Notes under the pieces: generated by a model
Told to the model about the DNA's origin: nothing
The model's input: the letters and a program-made list of their open reading frames with translations, nothing else
Databases searched by the model: none
NCBI GenBank assembly: GCA_013239625.1
Contig: MU053379.1
Location: forward strand, 814,490 to 878,489
Reading direction: 5' to 3'
DNA: 64,000 bases
From: Lama guanicoe
Taxonomy: Eukaryota
Part shown: piece by piece, positions 1 through 13,568 of the stretch
Numbering within the stretch: the first letter of the stretch is position 1
Layout: each line of letters starts with the position of its first letter
Position numbers and translations under genes: made by a program

Positions 1-150
1 GATGTGACCACTAATCCCATTCATGTGGGTTCCACCCTCATCACCTAATGACCTAATCACCTCCCAAAGGCCCCATCTCCCAATACCATCACACCGGGGG
101 TTAGGATTTGGGGGGCAGGGGTACAGACACAAATTTCCAGGCCATTGCAT
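1..150 (-). mobile_element. MaLR LTR fragment (MLT1A/MST-like)
   Basis: Sequence ccactaatcccattcatg...acctaatcacctcccaaaggcccca...aataccatcac. Confidence 0.75.
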
Positions 151-380
151 TGTGTTCGTGTGTTTTCCTGTCTATCGCTCTCTCTCTGGACAAGAACGTC
201 AGTTCTGCGGGAGCAGGGGCACTGTCCATGCTCACCACCACTCAGTCCCGCGCCTGGAACAGCATTTGGAACAGCATCTGGCAGGTAGAAAGTGCTTAGC
301 ACAGTGTGTGGAGAGAATGAACACCCTGCAGATGGCCTGGTAGCCATTCCTTAGCTACCTCCTTTCATGAAGAGGCAAGA

Positions 381-885
381 CAGTTACTGCTACAGTAATC
401 ATTTGCCGTGTAACAAAATAACCCCAAAACTTAGTGGCTTAAAACAACAATGATTAGTTGCTTCTCCTGAGTCTATGGGTCAGAAATTTGGCCAGGGCTT
501 AGCTCCATGAGACATCAATGAAGGTCACTTACTCATCTGCACTCAGCTAGGGGCTGGGATGGACCAGGCACCCGGAGAAGGCCTCCTCCATCCATCTGGA
601 ACTCACAGGCCCTCAGGCAGCATCTCCGGGGGGTTAGCCTGGAGTCGGACTTTTCCTATGGCAGCTGGTTTCTGCGAGAGGAGGCAGAGCTGCCAGTCCA
701 CTTGAGGGCCAAGCATAGTCCAGGCAGCACCACTTCCAGCACATTCCATGGGCCTAAGCAAGTCATGGGGCAGCCCAGAGAAAAGGGAAGGGGAAACTGT
801 ACCCCGCTGATGGGGGAGGCAGCAGTACACACACACAGAATGAGCAGATGGCGGCTGCCTTTGCACACAGTCACAGTCACCACAA
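381..885 (-). mobile_element. MaLR LTR (older MLT1)
   Basis: Sequence taacaaaataaccccaaaacttagtggcttaaaacaaca...gggtcagaaatttggccagggcttagct. A related copy lies at about 27985-28390. Confidence 0.7.
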
Positions 886-899
886 GGAACCCACGTGGT

Positions 900-1030
900 G
901 CTGCTCACACTAGAACGTGCACCCAGACCATGTGGGGTCTTGCTAAGATGCAGATCCTGACTCAGTAGGTCTAGGGTGGGGCCTGAGATTCTTTATTCCT
1001 AACCAGCTCCCAGGTCCCCACCCACACGTG
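900..1030. mobile_element. MER5-type hAT-Charlie element
   Basis: Sequence atgcagatcctgactcagtaggtctagggtggggcctgagattc. Related copies lie at about 14210-14382 and 26960-27100. Confidence 0.7.
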
Positions 1031-4000
1031 GAGTAGCAGGACTCTATTCGAGCACAGCCCATCGAGGCTGGCCTTCTGTTTAGGTGTGGCCTCACAGAGC
1101 CACAGATACCACCACTGGGGCTTCCCACCACTGGGTTAAGCACTGTGCATTCTTATGGGGTTTGTGTGACCAGTCCCTTCTGCCAACACCACAGCATGGG
1201 GATCCATCCCACTCCACCTCCTGAACATTTCTCACACACTTCAACCAAGCTCTACAGCCCCTCACTCCTCTCATTTCACATTTGATGCTCCCCATGTCCC
1301 TGGCAAAATTGGTGGGGCTCTCTCAAGTTACAGGATTAGAACCAAATTCAAACTAGATTAAGGGAAAAGGATTGATGGGAGACATGGCTTCAGGAATGCC
1401 TGGATCCTGGCCCTGCCTTCTCTTGGGATCTCCTCGGCAGCTCTCCCAAAGTGAGCAAGAGATGCCTCCCGCTTTTCACCCACAGCAGGAAGGAGGTACC
1501 ATTTCTTTCCTGATCTTTCCAGCAAAAGTGCCGGTGTTCTCTCTGGGTGGGCTTGCTGGGGTCCCATGCCCACAATGAAGCAGTCGCTGTAGCCAGGAGG
1601 GGGTGTTACCTCATGGCCAGGCGGGGGTTCTGTGTACGCCCTTAGAGCCAGGGGGTGAAGCATCCCCACCTTGGCCACATGGAATGAGGGCAGGAAAGCT
1701 GGGATTGTCCATGGAAAACTGGACAGGAGGGAGAACTACTGAGAAGCCAAGAAATGCCCACAGTCAGTCATGAGACAAGTGTTCTGTGTTGGCTGGGGAA
1801 GCAGAGGGCGGGGGCCTTATCGATTCCAGGGGTCTACTGTCTCCCAGCACAGACTCAGAGGGGCTGTTGAGCTAAAGAACTTTAGCACAAGAAGAGACTT
1901 GAAAATTAGCTAAGGGATGTTAATTGATGTTAGTTAAAAGGCCACGTGGTCCAGGAAGGTTGGGAGACAGTGTGTCAGGCCAAGTTAACAGTTCCCTTGC
2001 TGTGCAGGACTTGTCAGGGCCTTCAAGCTGGAGTACACCGTGAATCACCGAGAGTGGGGCAAAGATTAGAGGCAGTTTTTCGTTGAGCACAATCTGGGGA
2101 ATTATTTACTTAACTCCACCCCACCCATTTTATAAATGAAGCAACAGAGGCCGAGAAAGGGAATGTGACTTGGACAAGGTCATGCAACTAGTTAGTCTCA
2201 GGTTTATCCCCAACTGCTGCAACAGGGGTGACATATATGACGCTGCCTAGAAACATCACTTGTCCCTCAGGGCACTCCTGTCCCCCAGCTCTGGGGGTTT
2301 CCCTTCCTCTGGAGGGTGTGTGTTCTCTTCCCTCTGAGACATCCCTGCACGAAGGCTCCGGGGTGGGGGGAGGCCTCTGGCACCGAGAGGGCTGCCACTT
2401 CCTGGGACCTGTCCTTGCTGCTGCAGATCTGAGGGGACCCTGGAAAGTGCAGAAGCACGTGGGTCTGCACTTAGGAAATCAGAGCCATGCGACCGGCAAG
2501 GTGAGGCACGATGAGGTTGAAGAGGCTCAAAGCCTGGCTGGACTTGGACGGGTCAGCAACCACTAGGGATGCCGAATGTGTCAGGCAGGAGGGCTGGGAG
2601 AAGGACCATGTTCCTGGAACAGAGTGCGCACTTTCAATCCAGACAGAGGTTGTGCGTCAGGGCCCTGGGGCGCTGACGTCCGAGACACCTATCACCACAT
2701 CGCTTTTGAATACCTGGTCTGGGCACTTCTCAGCCACTCAAAGACCCACATTTACAAAGAGAAAACAGCCACCGGCTGGCTGGTGTAACTCACAAGGGTC
2801 AGCGACACACAAAGGACTCAAGTTCTTTTTCCCGGCCAAGAACACAAGTTTGGATGTCTTATTAAACCCTCCAAGCCTCAATTTCTTTGTCAAGTGGAGC
2901 TAAAATGAGTTCCTGCCACACAGCTTTGTTACAAGGATTAAATAAGATCATGCCTGTGAAATAACAATGTGCCTAGTTATTATTTCCGTAATACGGGCTC
3001 CTGAAGTGGTGGTAGGCCTGGAGAGGTGGGATCAGGGCCAGGTTCTCGGCTGGGAAGGGGCAAAGCCAAGATCAGACTATGTGCAGCCAGTGCCTCGGTG
3101 TGACTCTTTCCTACACTCACCAGCGGACGGTGATGGCTCGGAGCCCAGAGAGGTACAAGGGGCTTCTCTGAGTCTTTGTCTGTATAAGAGGAGCGGTGAC
3201 ATGTGTCTCTTTGGTCACTTGGAGGTGACTCTCCCCAAAGGCCAGGACGAGAAGCAGGTGTCACCAGCAGAGCCGGGCGTGCGTTCCCGACACCTTAGAG
3301 CAGAGCCGGCGCCAGTTGTGGTTTGGTGGCCATCTGCTATCAGTGCTCATGGCCGCCCAGACGGAGGGGCCTGAGGACCACCCTCGGGCATTTTAGGCCA
3401 GGTTTGCATGCAGGACAAATCGAGACTTCACCAGCAGAAAGCTCTGGCGGTAAAAGTCCCAGCAGGGATTTAAGGGAAGACAAAGTTAGGAGGGTCTGGC
3501 CGCCGAGTGGGAAGACGGGAGTGGAGGAAGGAATGGGGGTGACCTGCCTGTAGATACACTTTATGGGGGGAAGGTCAGACCATGACCTCAGGCAGCCACG
3601 TCCAAGGTTGAAGATGAGAACCACTCTCACAGGACTTGAAATTTGGTGGCAGAGTTTCTTAACCTGGGGTGCTGGTGCATGACCCACTGTAAACTGATGT
3701 CAGTTTTTATCTGTGCAAATGGGGCGTTGTTCTGGAAGCAAAGTCTCCAGCAGGAGAGGCAAATGGGCGGCGTGGCTGGGCTTTGTTGGGTCCACATTGT
3801 GTTACAGATATTTGACTTGCCCGACATTAAAAAACTGGGGACTTGCACATAAAGTCAAAATGTTGGGTGTCTCTTGAAATAACTCCCAAGATCTGGCTCC
3901 TTCTTTTAGGTGCATGTGGGACCCCAGTCGCTCACGTCTGCACCATTTTGTGACCTCCCTGATGAATGCCCAGCGTCACTCCACACTTACCACTGCTCTC

Positions 4001-6092
4001 GTATTGTTTTTCCTCACTGATTTATTTATTTTTCACTTGCCTGGATCCTCTGGCCTTGGTGTTTGTAACCCCTAACCTGAACTTTGAATAGATGCTCAAA
4101 GTGGTGTCTGTTTTCCAAGAGGTCATTGAAACTAGAATCCCTTCCACCCTAGACTCTGCCCTGACAACCAGGCTGGAGGCCGACCCTCAGTGGGAGCAGA
4201 GCACAGCCCTGCCCGGGCCAGGGAATGCAGTCTCTTCCCCCCAGGAATGTGGTGGTGCTCTGTGTCCAGGAGTGTGTTTACAAATGGGCAGGCGTATCTT
4301 CTGATGGCCTCAAAACACCAAAAGATCTCCAGAAATCACTGAAACATTCTTCATTTAATCTCAGCAAGAGTGCTGCTTGCAATATGCATGGTTCATGTTC
4401 TACTCAGATGATCACACAATAAGGGAAACCAGCAGCAGTCTTTGGGAAATCCTTTTTTATGGCCTCGAGAACCTGGCTGTTGGATGGGAACAAATCAGAG
4501 AGAGAACAGAACTGTCTGGCCGAGACCTCCTCTCTGAAGCCAGAGCCTGCAAGACTGGGCGTCTGAAGGAGGACTTTGCATTTGGGCAGACTGAGCAACT
4601 CACTTAGGGCTGATTTCCGAACTGAGAGTCACGGATGCATAGACACGCAGCCTCGCGGCCAGACACGTGGAACTGGAGGGGCCTTGGGAGGCACTGGAGC
4701 TGCTGTGCTGAGGGCCAGCAGACAAGGGCCGGGGTAAAGGAGAGCTGACTCCTGGACTAGAAGTTGGACTCGAATTTTGGAATCTCGCCAAAGAGCAAGT
4801 AGAAGACACATCCATAAGGGCCTTGCTTATCTCAGAATGGGATGAATATACAGCTTCAGACATGCTTCCACCTAGACAACACGGTGGCACCTCGCTGGTC
4901 CACAGCCCAGCTGCAACAGCCTCGCTTGTGTTCGCACCCGAGCAGAGGACTTCAGCCCGAGCTGGAGGGAGAGAAAATGACTGCCCAGAAATCCAGCAGA
5001 AGCCTTTCTTGGTGACTCAGTGTTTGGGAACACAGATATTAGTCTGAGCACACCCAGATTTGAGGCCTGGCCATGCCCTCGGCCAGCTCATGTGTCTTAT
5101 CTGTAAAATGGGGATATCACAGGGCGTAGATAATGCGCGAGAAGCGCTTCCCACGGGGCCTGGGTGCCTGCATCAGCACCCGCTCTCAGCCTGGATTTCC
5201 CAGTCACAGACCCGAGAATCTGATTTAAGTGCAAGAAGTAATTTAAGAGGGGGGTCCGGGTCACACAGGTAGGGGGGTGAGGAAGCGAGGCTGGGCGGGG
5301 AGGGCGGTGCTGTGTTCAGAGCCGTCACAGCCTTGGGCCGTCTGTCAGAGCTGCACCTGGGGTATCTATCCACCTGCAGATGCTTGTGGTGGGAACTGAG
5401 AGCCCCAAGGGGATGTGGGCGGGGCAGGGATGGCTAGGCTGTGAAAGCTACCCTTGAGGTTCTGATTCCTCAAATTTCCATCATGGAGCAGAAAGCACGT
5501 GGGCTTTGCAGCCAACGCAGACCTCAGCTCACATCCCATCCCTGCCCTTTACTAGCTATGTGAGTCTCTTTGCCTCTCTGGGCCTCAGTTTCCCCATCTC
5601 TCAAAATGGGAACAAGTCTCCAGTGCTGCCAAGTTAATTCAGAGGGTTAAGTATGATGTTGGCCGCAGAGAGGCAGCAGGTGGTAGGTGCTCAGCAAACA
5701 GGAGGCCCGTGGTTCTGCTCCCCCAACCGCCCACGGCATGCTTCCTGCTCCGGGTGAGCCCGGCTGGCACCGATGTCTCTTCAGGTGAGCTGGACATGCT
5801 GACATCCCAACTAGTGTTTGCGTCCGAGTTTCTGAGCGATGTGTGGTCCTACTGCAGTGATCTCCCTAGCTGTGTGTCGTCCGGCTGTTTCCCCTCTAGC
5901 TTCGCGGGTCTGTGGCTTTCAGATCCAGAAGGGGAGGCAGTGGCTGGCCTGAAAGAGGCCAGGCCAGGAGCGAAATCCCAACGGGAAGAATTTCTGACCC
6001 TGCAGCTCACCCGGCAGGCCAGGGTCCAGCGCGTGGGCAGATCCAGGGGCTCCTGCTGAGTCAGAGGCGAAGAGAAGGCTGGGGGCGGGGAC

Positions 6093-6345
6093 GCAGGATG
6101 CCTGGCTAAATCTGAATTGCAGATAAACAAATGAATAACTAATCAGGATAAGTGTGACCCGAGTATTTCACAACACATACCTCTTCTGAAAAAGTTACTC
6201 GTAGTTTATCGGCAATTCAAACTTCTTCACATACTAGTAAGTTATTTATTTGTCTCTACACTTGTACTAATAAGTTATTTGTTTATCTGAAATTCAAATT
6301 TAACTGGGCATCTTGTATTTCTCTTTCCTAAACCTGGCCACCCTA
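6093..6345. mobile_element. MER53 palindromic hAT MITE with an internally duplicated arm
   Basis: The arms caggatgcctggctaaatctgaattgcagataaacaaat and atttgtttatctgaaattcaaatttaactgggcatcttg are near reverse complements. The element ends in ctggccacccta. Confidence 0.8.
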
Positions 6346-7899
6346 GTCTGGAGGAACAAACTCTCACGGGAGGTTTGGGTTAGAACCCAGCCCAGCAACC
6401 ACCCCATCAGCCCTGCAGACCAAGAGGAAGGGAGAAGGGTCACCTGCCCCAACTCATTGCATCTGGGGTTGGCAGGGAGCACCTTTCAGGGCCTCATTAG
6501 AGTCATTTACCATGTACCGTAAGACACTATGACCTATACGGTGGAGTCGGTCACAGATCCACTCGCGCTACACCTAGATGTGCAAAGAAAATGCACTTCT
6601 TCGTACGCGGCGGGGTCCAGGCAAACGCAGGCTGGTTGGCAGCGTATGATTATGTCTTAAGTCAGTTCCGGGAAGCGGACCTGAGACCAGGATGCAGGTG
6701 CACACGGCCCAGGGACGGGGAGGGGTGAGCAAGGCTGGTGCCTGCAGGGAGATGCTTCCGCCTGCTCTCACAGCGGCACAGGAGCGGGAACGGTGCCAGA
6801 GAGTTGGTCCTGCCCGGAGACAAGGGGGCCGGGTTTTCCTCCTCAGTGTCAGGGCTCACTGCTGCCTTCAGCCTCCCAGGCGTGTCCAGGGGCGGCAGCT
6901 TCCACGGCAGAGCCAGCACTGCCAGGAGAGCCGCCGCTGTGTGTGTTGGTGGCAGAGCTCTTCGCAGCTGGGAGGTAGGCACACCAGCTGGTCCAGGGGG
7001 TCCGGGTGTGGCACCAACCGCCCTACTATGCGCCTATCAGTTTCACACTGTGTCCTTTCAGTGTGAGTAGTCAGCTATCAGGCCACTTTAAAGAGTCTCT
7101 TTTGGGAGACGGTCTCCTTAGTGGCCCCTCTCCCCCTCCCCAGCCTCCCTAAGGAATTCTGTGGCTGTGGGGCTGGGAGTGATGCTGATGCGTCTTCATG
7201 GCAGTGGAGGATCGGGGCTTCGAGGGCTCATGATGTCTACAGGACAACGGCCTGATCCTTGTGTCTGTGGCTGCCCCAGTCTCCAGGGGTGACTAGCCCC
7301 TTCCGGTCTTTAAGGGACATTTTGACCCCCAGTCCTGGAGTCCATGACTTGGTCATTTGCCATGCTTGTACTGTCCCCATTCCTGGGACCTCTTCATCCT
7401 GACTCCTGGCTCCAGCTCACCCATTACCCCTAGAGCATCTCCTGCCCGGCGCTCAGCACTGTTCATGGCTGCCACACCCCTGCCCGAGACACCTGAGAAC
7501 AGCCTGTTCTTGTCATCTCCTGGTAAGGCCAGGCAAGCGATGCATCATTCCCACGGCCCAGCCAGTGTGCCAGAACTTTCCCTCTGGAATCTAACGTGTC
7601 TGCCCACTTTGGGATTTTTGTCCCAGAGAGGGAGCCCCCTGCCCCTATTACCTGCTTCCCAAAAATCATGTTCCCTCTGGTGGGTAATGGAGTGACCTTT
7701 CTCATTCTTCTTTTTAGAATCCGTGGGGCGGAAGAGGTAGACTCTCCCATCTTTCTTTCTTCTGGGGAAATTCCTCCTCCTTCCCAAGACAACATTGTTT
7801 TCCCCTTCTCTCTGGGGCTATCATGGCAGAGAGAGGAGGAATCAAAAAGCCCTACCCATAGTGAGGTGGAAATCAAGAAGTTAAAATATGTATCTGTTA

Positions 7900-8345
7900 C
7901 AGTACACCCATGTGCACAGCAGAGTTACCCACGACAGCTAAAAGGTGGAAGCAACCCAAATGGCCATCAGTGGATGAATGATGATAAAAAATGTGGTCTG
8001 TACATACAGTGGAATACTACTCAGCCTTAAGATCCTAACACACGTCACAACCTGGATGTGCCTTAAGGACATTATGCTGAGTGAAATAAGCCAGTCACAA
8101 AAAGACAAGTAGTGTCTGATACCACTTACGTGGGGGGACTAGAGCAGTCAAATTAGAGACAGGAAGTAGCATGGTGGTTACCAGGGCCTGGGGGAGCCGC
8201 TGTTTATTGAATGTGGGAAAGTTCTGGGGATGGTTGCACAACACTGTGAATATATTTAACACCACTGAAATGTCCACTCCCAAACTGACCAAGGTGGTAA
8301 ATTTTATGTTATGTATATTCTTGTCACAGTTAAAAATAAAAGTAA
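7900..8345 (+). mobile_element. L1MB-like 3' end
   Basis: Motifs aaaaggtggaagcaacccaaatg and ggacattatgctgagtgaaataagccagtcacaaaaagacaa, then an A-rich end. Confidence 0.8.
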
Positions 8346-8700
8346 AGTGAGAAGGAAATCTGTTACAAAAGCAGGTGTCTTGTCCGTGGAGGGTAACTAA
8401 TATACTCATCTGTTCCTTAGATGATGTGTTTTATTAGAACAGCCCTGGATCCTTTGCAGAGAACGGGCCCCAAAGAAGAGAAAATATTTTCATGAAGAAA
8501 AGATGCAACAAGGAATAGTCCCCTCAGAACCACTATTTAGACAAAAGATATCCAGCAGAGACAGGACTTTAGAGAAAGGGGAAGTTATATTTAGGAAGAA
8601 GTGTTTGGGAGTCAGACTCATCAGATGAGAGAGGTGAAGTCTGGACGAGCTGGGGACAGGTGGCTTCTTCAGGGGATCACTGTAGGCAGCGATCTTAGCA

Positions 8701-9017
8701 CAGGTCTAGAAAACCTTGCTCGAAACTGCTGGGGCCACAAGTTTTGGGGGAATTCAGAATTTTTGAATTTTGGAAAAGCAATCTGGTACCTCATCTGTGT
8801 ATCCCAGACCATTTCCAGTGGAGTCTGGCTCCTATAAATAAAGCCATTAATATTCCTGTGGCAAAATGTATAAGTATGCACACTAAGTGAGATAATAAAG
8901 ACTATTAATAGCCTCCTGTCAGTTCAGAAGAGGTTTTGTTGCCAAAGAATTATCAAAATCTTTTGGTTTTCAGAGCTTTTTGGATTTGAAAATGGCAGAA
9001 TAGGGATTGTGGACCTG
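8701..9017. mobile_element. Tigger-type non-autonomous DNA transposon (MamRep434-like)
   Basis: It has inverted termini caggtc...gacctg and internal motifs gaattcagaattttt and ttttcagagctttttggatt. Confidence 0.65.
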
Positions 9018-12000
9018 TGTGAATTTTGTATCATCTAAAGACTGTAAATCAACAGAGACACAAGATATTGGAAGGGACGAAAATGATGAGTTCCAGCTAC
9101 CCCAACATTCTGATTTTATAAATATGAAACCAAAGTCACTTGCCCAGGGTCACACTGGTCACGGTCAAGAGCTGAGATTAGATTCAGGACTTCGACCCCC
9201 AACCCAGCACACCCAAGCAGGGGTCTAGGTGTGGCCTTCAGACTCAGACTGCCTTTTGAGTGAAGTCTAGAATCAATGAAATCAACCCTCCCTCTCCTTT
9301 CCAGTTCCCTGAAGAGGGGGCTTCTTGCCTCTGGGAAAGTTCTCCCTTATAGCTGAGTTCACCCTGTGTATTATACCTTCCGATGGGCCAGTTTTCTCTG
9401 GATAAGGCACCTGCAGAAGGCCTTGTCCTATGGTCCACAGACTTAACTCAAGGCCTTGCATACAGATGGTGCTCAGTAAAGATCTGAGGAATCATTGAAT
9501 TTATTTGCGTGTTCATCACTTGTAGATCCATCTAGAAAAAAGCTATAATTAAAAGATCATGTGTAAGACAGCCACCAAATATCTTGTTTGCCATTGTAGA
9601 CTTGGAGTCAAGGGCCAAGAAGGCAAATACATCCTTTATTTCTGACTGATGAACATTAATGGTCATTGAAAAATGATTTTTCCATCCTTGATGCCTAAGC
9701 CCTGGGACTGATCCTGCCCCAGGTCTCTGGGCAGAATGAAGATGCTTTTCTGCCTAAGATGGTACTTAGCACACAGTAGGTGCACCGCAAACACTTCTTG
9801 AATGAGTGAGTGAATGGATGACATTGGGGGTGTATTAGTTGGGACTCTTTGTTACACAGAACACCATCTCAACTTAAATTGAATTAAACAAAAGTAGAAA
9901 ATATTGCCTAATGTAATTGAGAAGTCTAGGAGGAGACGCCTTCAGGCATGGTTAGATCCAGGCCTGTGAATGATTATTGGGGAACCTCTCTCTTTTCTTA
10001 TCTCAGATCTGGCTTTTCTACGTGTTGGCTTCTGTCTCAGGCAGGCTGTCAGGTGCAGGTGATGGCAAAGATGGTTACTATCAGTTCTGCTTTCACATTC
10101 TATCAGCTGAGTAGTCCTTGCAGAGAAAGATGGCATTTTTAACCAGCAATTCTAACAGAAGTCCCAGGCTTGGCCTGGGCTAGGTAATTAATGCACCCAT
10201 TTCTGAACCAATCACTGGCCAAAGTGATATGCTAGCTTCATTGCCCAGGGCTGAATATAATTGCCCCCTGGCGCCAAGGTGTTGGGAAGGCAGAGACTGA
10301 GGTTTGGGAAGAGCGGTCCCCAAAGGGAAGTAGAGGTGATGGTCCCAGAAGCAGAGGGAGCAAGTGCTGAGCAGGGGTAGACAACAGATGTGTCTGCAGG
10401 GCTGGATGCTAAAGGATCTTTCCATGGTATACGAAGGATGCAGCAAGCTCGTGTTTTAAAAGACAATAGTGTTAGAAGCAACAGAGATCAACTTGATCTC
10501 CTACTCACAGAGAATTGCTTGATTTAAGAAGTAATGATTAAATAAAACCCCGATGAATCAGCTCCCTGATAGTGGATCTTACTCTGCTCCAGACAGCGCA
10601 CAACGCAGCGACCTTCTGTTAACTCATCTGATCTGAACAACTATCCAGTGGGACACTCATCACCCCTAGTTTACAGATGAGAAAACTGTGTCTTTAGTTT
10701 ACGAATCCTCTCAAGGTCTCCCAGCTCGTAAGAGAAGGGGCACATATCCCACCCTCTTATTTCTGACTCCCTACCTTGGGCACGTCCTCTGCCCATCTGT
10801 ATCCCTGGTCCTGCCTTCTCTCAGATCCGCTTTGCTCCGTGTGGCTGGCTCCTCAGGTGAGCTCCCCATGAGGGGTGGCAAAGATGGCCAGCAGCAGCTG
10901 AGCAATTCTCACCGAGAAAGACCTTCACACGAGTACCAAGATGTGTCCTGAGAGGGGGAGGAGTGTCCCACGCCAGCCCTGAGATCATTCTCACCCTCAT
11001 TCTCCTCCTTCCCTTGGGTCTACCAGGCTGCTCTATTTTGAGGATACAGGGGTGGATCCTGAATTTTCCCACACATCTGCTTAGTTTAGGAACTATTTAT
11101 ATTCTCCATAACTTTCAGGCTCTGGGCAGCTTTTAATAAAGGGTATGAGCCCTTTGAACACCTGAATTCAAGTTGTAAAATAAAGGTAGAAAGAGAAAAT
11201 AAAGACACCAAGCAAAAGCAGCAAACATGATGACTACAAAGGGAAGGAGGTTTAACCAATGCTAATTTTCATCCTGGTTAGCTCAGAGACTCCTGGTAGG
11301 CTGAGCAAAAAGGGAAATACAACGCTTACAAATTCTTTCTGTCATAAAGGTAGAGATACACCAATTTTGAAAGGTACAGGTTTTTCTTCACATGAAACGT
11401 CAAACGGTTGATCGTGTGGAACATTTTATAGAACAAGATGTAAGCAGCATGATCCCCCCAGACCCTTTGCTACCACCCCCAATGAAGGGTGAGGGCAAAA
11501 ATCTGACATATTAAGCTCACAGTCCCCTGGGGAGGGCAATACCGCGTACACCCAAACAGAAAGCAAACATGAAATTAAGATAATTTACTCATTTACTCAA
11601 AATGTTTTTGGGCAGTTTGAATATATAAACTTTTAGAGATACAGATAAAAAGTCTACTTATATCATTTGATTCCATAATTTAATTACACACATTTAAAGT
11701 TACATATTATATCAAATAATATATTTAGGAATACATCGCTTTTCCATTCACATTTCAGGAAAGCAACAGTATTCCAATTATATTTATGTATATCACCACA
11801 TCAGTTTCTTCATCATCGGGGTCACTTTTTGAGTCATGTCCTATGGTTTTCAGAGGATAATGACTTTGCTTCTAGCGTATGGTTGTTGAGCGATGTCATC
11901 TTTTGAATTCATGCGTGTGTCCCCACTGGACACTGAACCCCAAGCCCCACATACCCACAGGTAGAGCATCAGTGCCCCCCACTACAACCCCATTTCTCTG

Positions 12001-12974
12001 TGGGGCAGACCTGTGATCACCTCCTGACAAAGACCTATTGCTCAGATTTTTTAAATGATCTTTAAATGATGTCAAACAGTTGCAACTAGAAGGTCATTCC
12101 TTTGGGAATCGTGATTAAATTCCATGGACTCTTTTATTCCTTATTTAAACAGGTGGCTTCTCTAAGTATCTAAAACCAGACTTGACTGATGTCATTTCCT
12201 GCCAATATGTCCCTCCCTAAACTGTACTTTGAGGTTCAAAATACAGTAATTGATAAGCACACTCAGGAACACAAGAGTCTTTGGCAGTAGTTTTGTCAGA
12301 TGGCAGTGGGGTGCTTAATCCCACCGTGCTGCACCCCACCCCCACCCCCCTGCCCAGAGCCCTCCCCAGAAACGCCACTGACTTAGGAGGGAACGCCGGT
12401 CTGGGGAGCAGGGCCATCCATGCTCTGTTCCATGCATGATCTTGAGCAGGTCCCGTAAATTCTTGGGCCTCCGCTTTCTTTTGAGTGAAATGAGGGGTTT
12501 AGGCTGGATCAGAGAGGGGCAAGGAAAGCAGCGGGGACCAGGCGGCGGCTCCGTGTTTGAGGCAGGGGTTGGTATTTTCACCTCGTTCCCAAGTCAACAG
12601 AGTCATTCTGCTTTGATCAATTTTACCTAAAGGGATCCCAGGTAAAATTTCCTTTGAAGTAAAAGATTGCTTTTCTTTTTCTAATTTTTGAAAAAGGGGA
12701 GATAGGCCGTTATTGAGGTCTGCCTGCTCTGAAGTTCTCTGACTTCAAAGCTGTCAGAGTCATAGTCAAATCTTCCCACTGATGGCCGATGAGGACCTGG
12801 TGACTGGCAACTGGGGCGGGGATGTAGGCACTGCCTGTGAGTTGGTGAGCTTGTGCCAGGCTATGCTTCATGCTAATTAAATCAAACACTAGAAGAGGGA
12901 CCCAAGCATCAGTAATTTGTAAATCTCCCAATGTGGGTCTAATGTGCTGCCAAGCTCAAGAATAAATGGCATTG

Positions 12975-13551
12975 ACATGTGATCCAGCAATCCCACTCCT
13001 GGGCATAATTTGAAAANNNNNNNNNNNNNNNNNNNNNNNNNNNNNNNNNNNNNNNNNNNNNNNNNNNNNNNNNNNNNNNNNNNNNNNNNNNNNNNNNNNN
13101 NNNNNNNNNNNNNNNNNNNNNNNNNNNNNNNNNNNNNNNNNNNNNNNNNNNNNNNNNNNNNNNNNNNNNNNNNNNNNNNNNNNNNNNNNNNNNNNNNNNN
13201 NNNNNNNNNNNNNNNNNNNNNNNNNNNNNNNNNNNCACCCTAAGTGAAGTTAGTCAGGAAGAGAAAGACAAATACCATATGATATCACTCATATGTGAAA
13301 TCTAAAATATGGTGGAAATGTACTTATTTATGAAGCAGAAACTGACTCACAGACATGGAAAACAAACTTAAGTTTACCAAAGGGGAAAGAGGATGGGGAG
13401 GGGTAAATTAGGAGTTTGGGATTAACATATACATGCTACTGTATATAAAATAGATCAACAACATGGTCTTACTGTATAGCACAGGGAACTGTATTCAATA
13501 TTTTGTAATGAACCATAATGAAATAAGTAAAACTAGAATCAGGAAAAAAAA
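12975..13551 (+). mobile_element. 5'-truncated L1 (cetartiodactyl-type 3' end) spanning an assembly gap
   Basis: It shows L1 ORF2-end and 3'UTR motifs (gatccagcaatcccactcctgggcat; gacaaataccatatgatatcact; actgtatagcacagggaact). It has a perfect 17-bp TSD, aagaataaatggcattg (12958-12974, 13552-13568). Confidence 0.88.
13017..13235. other. Assembly gap (N run)
   Basis: A run of N inside an L1 copy. Confidence 1.
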
Positions 13552-13568
13552 AAGAATAAATGGCATTG

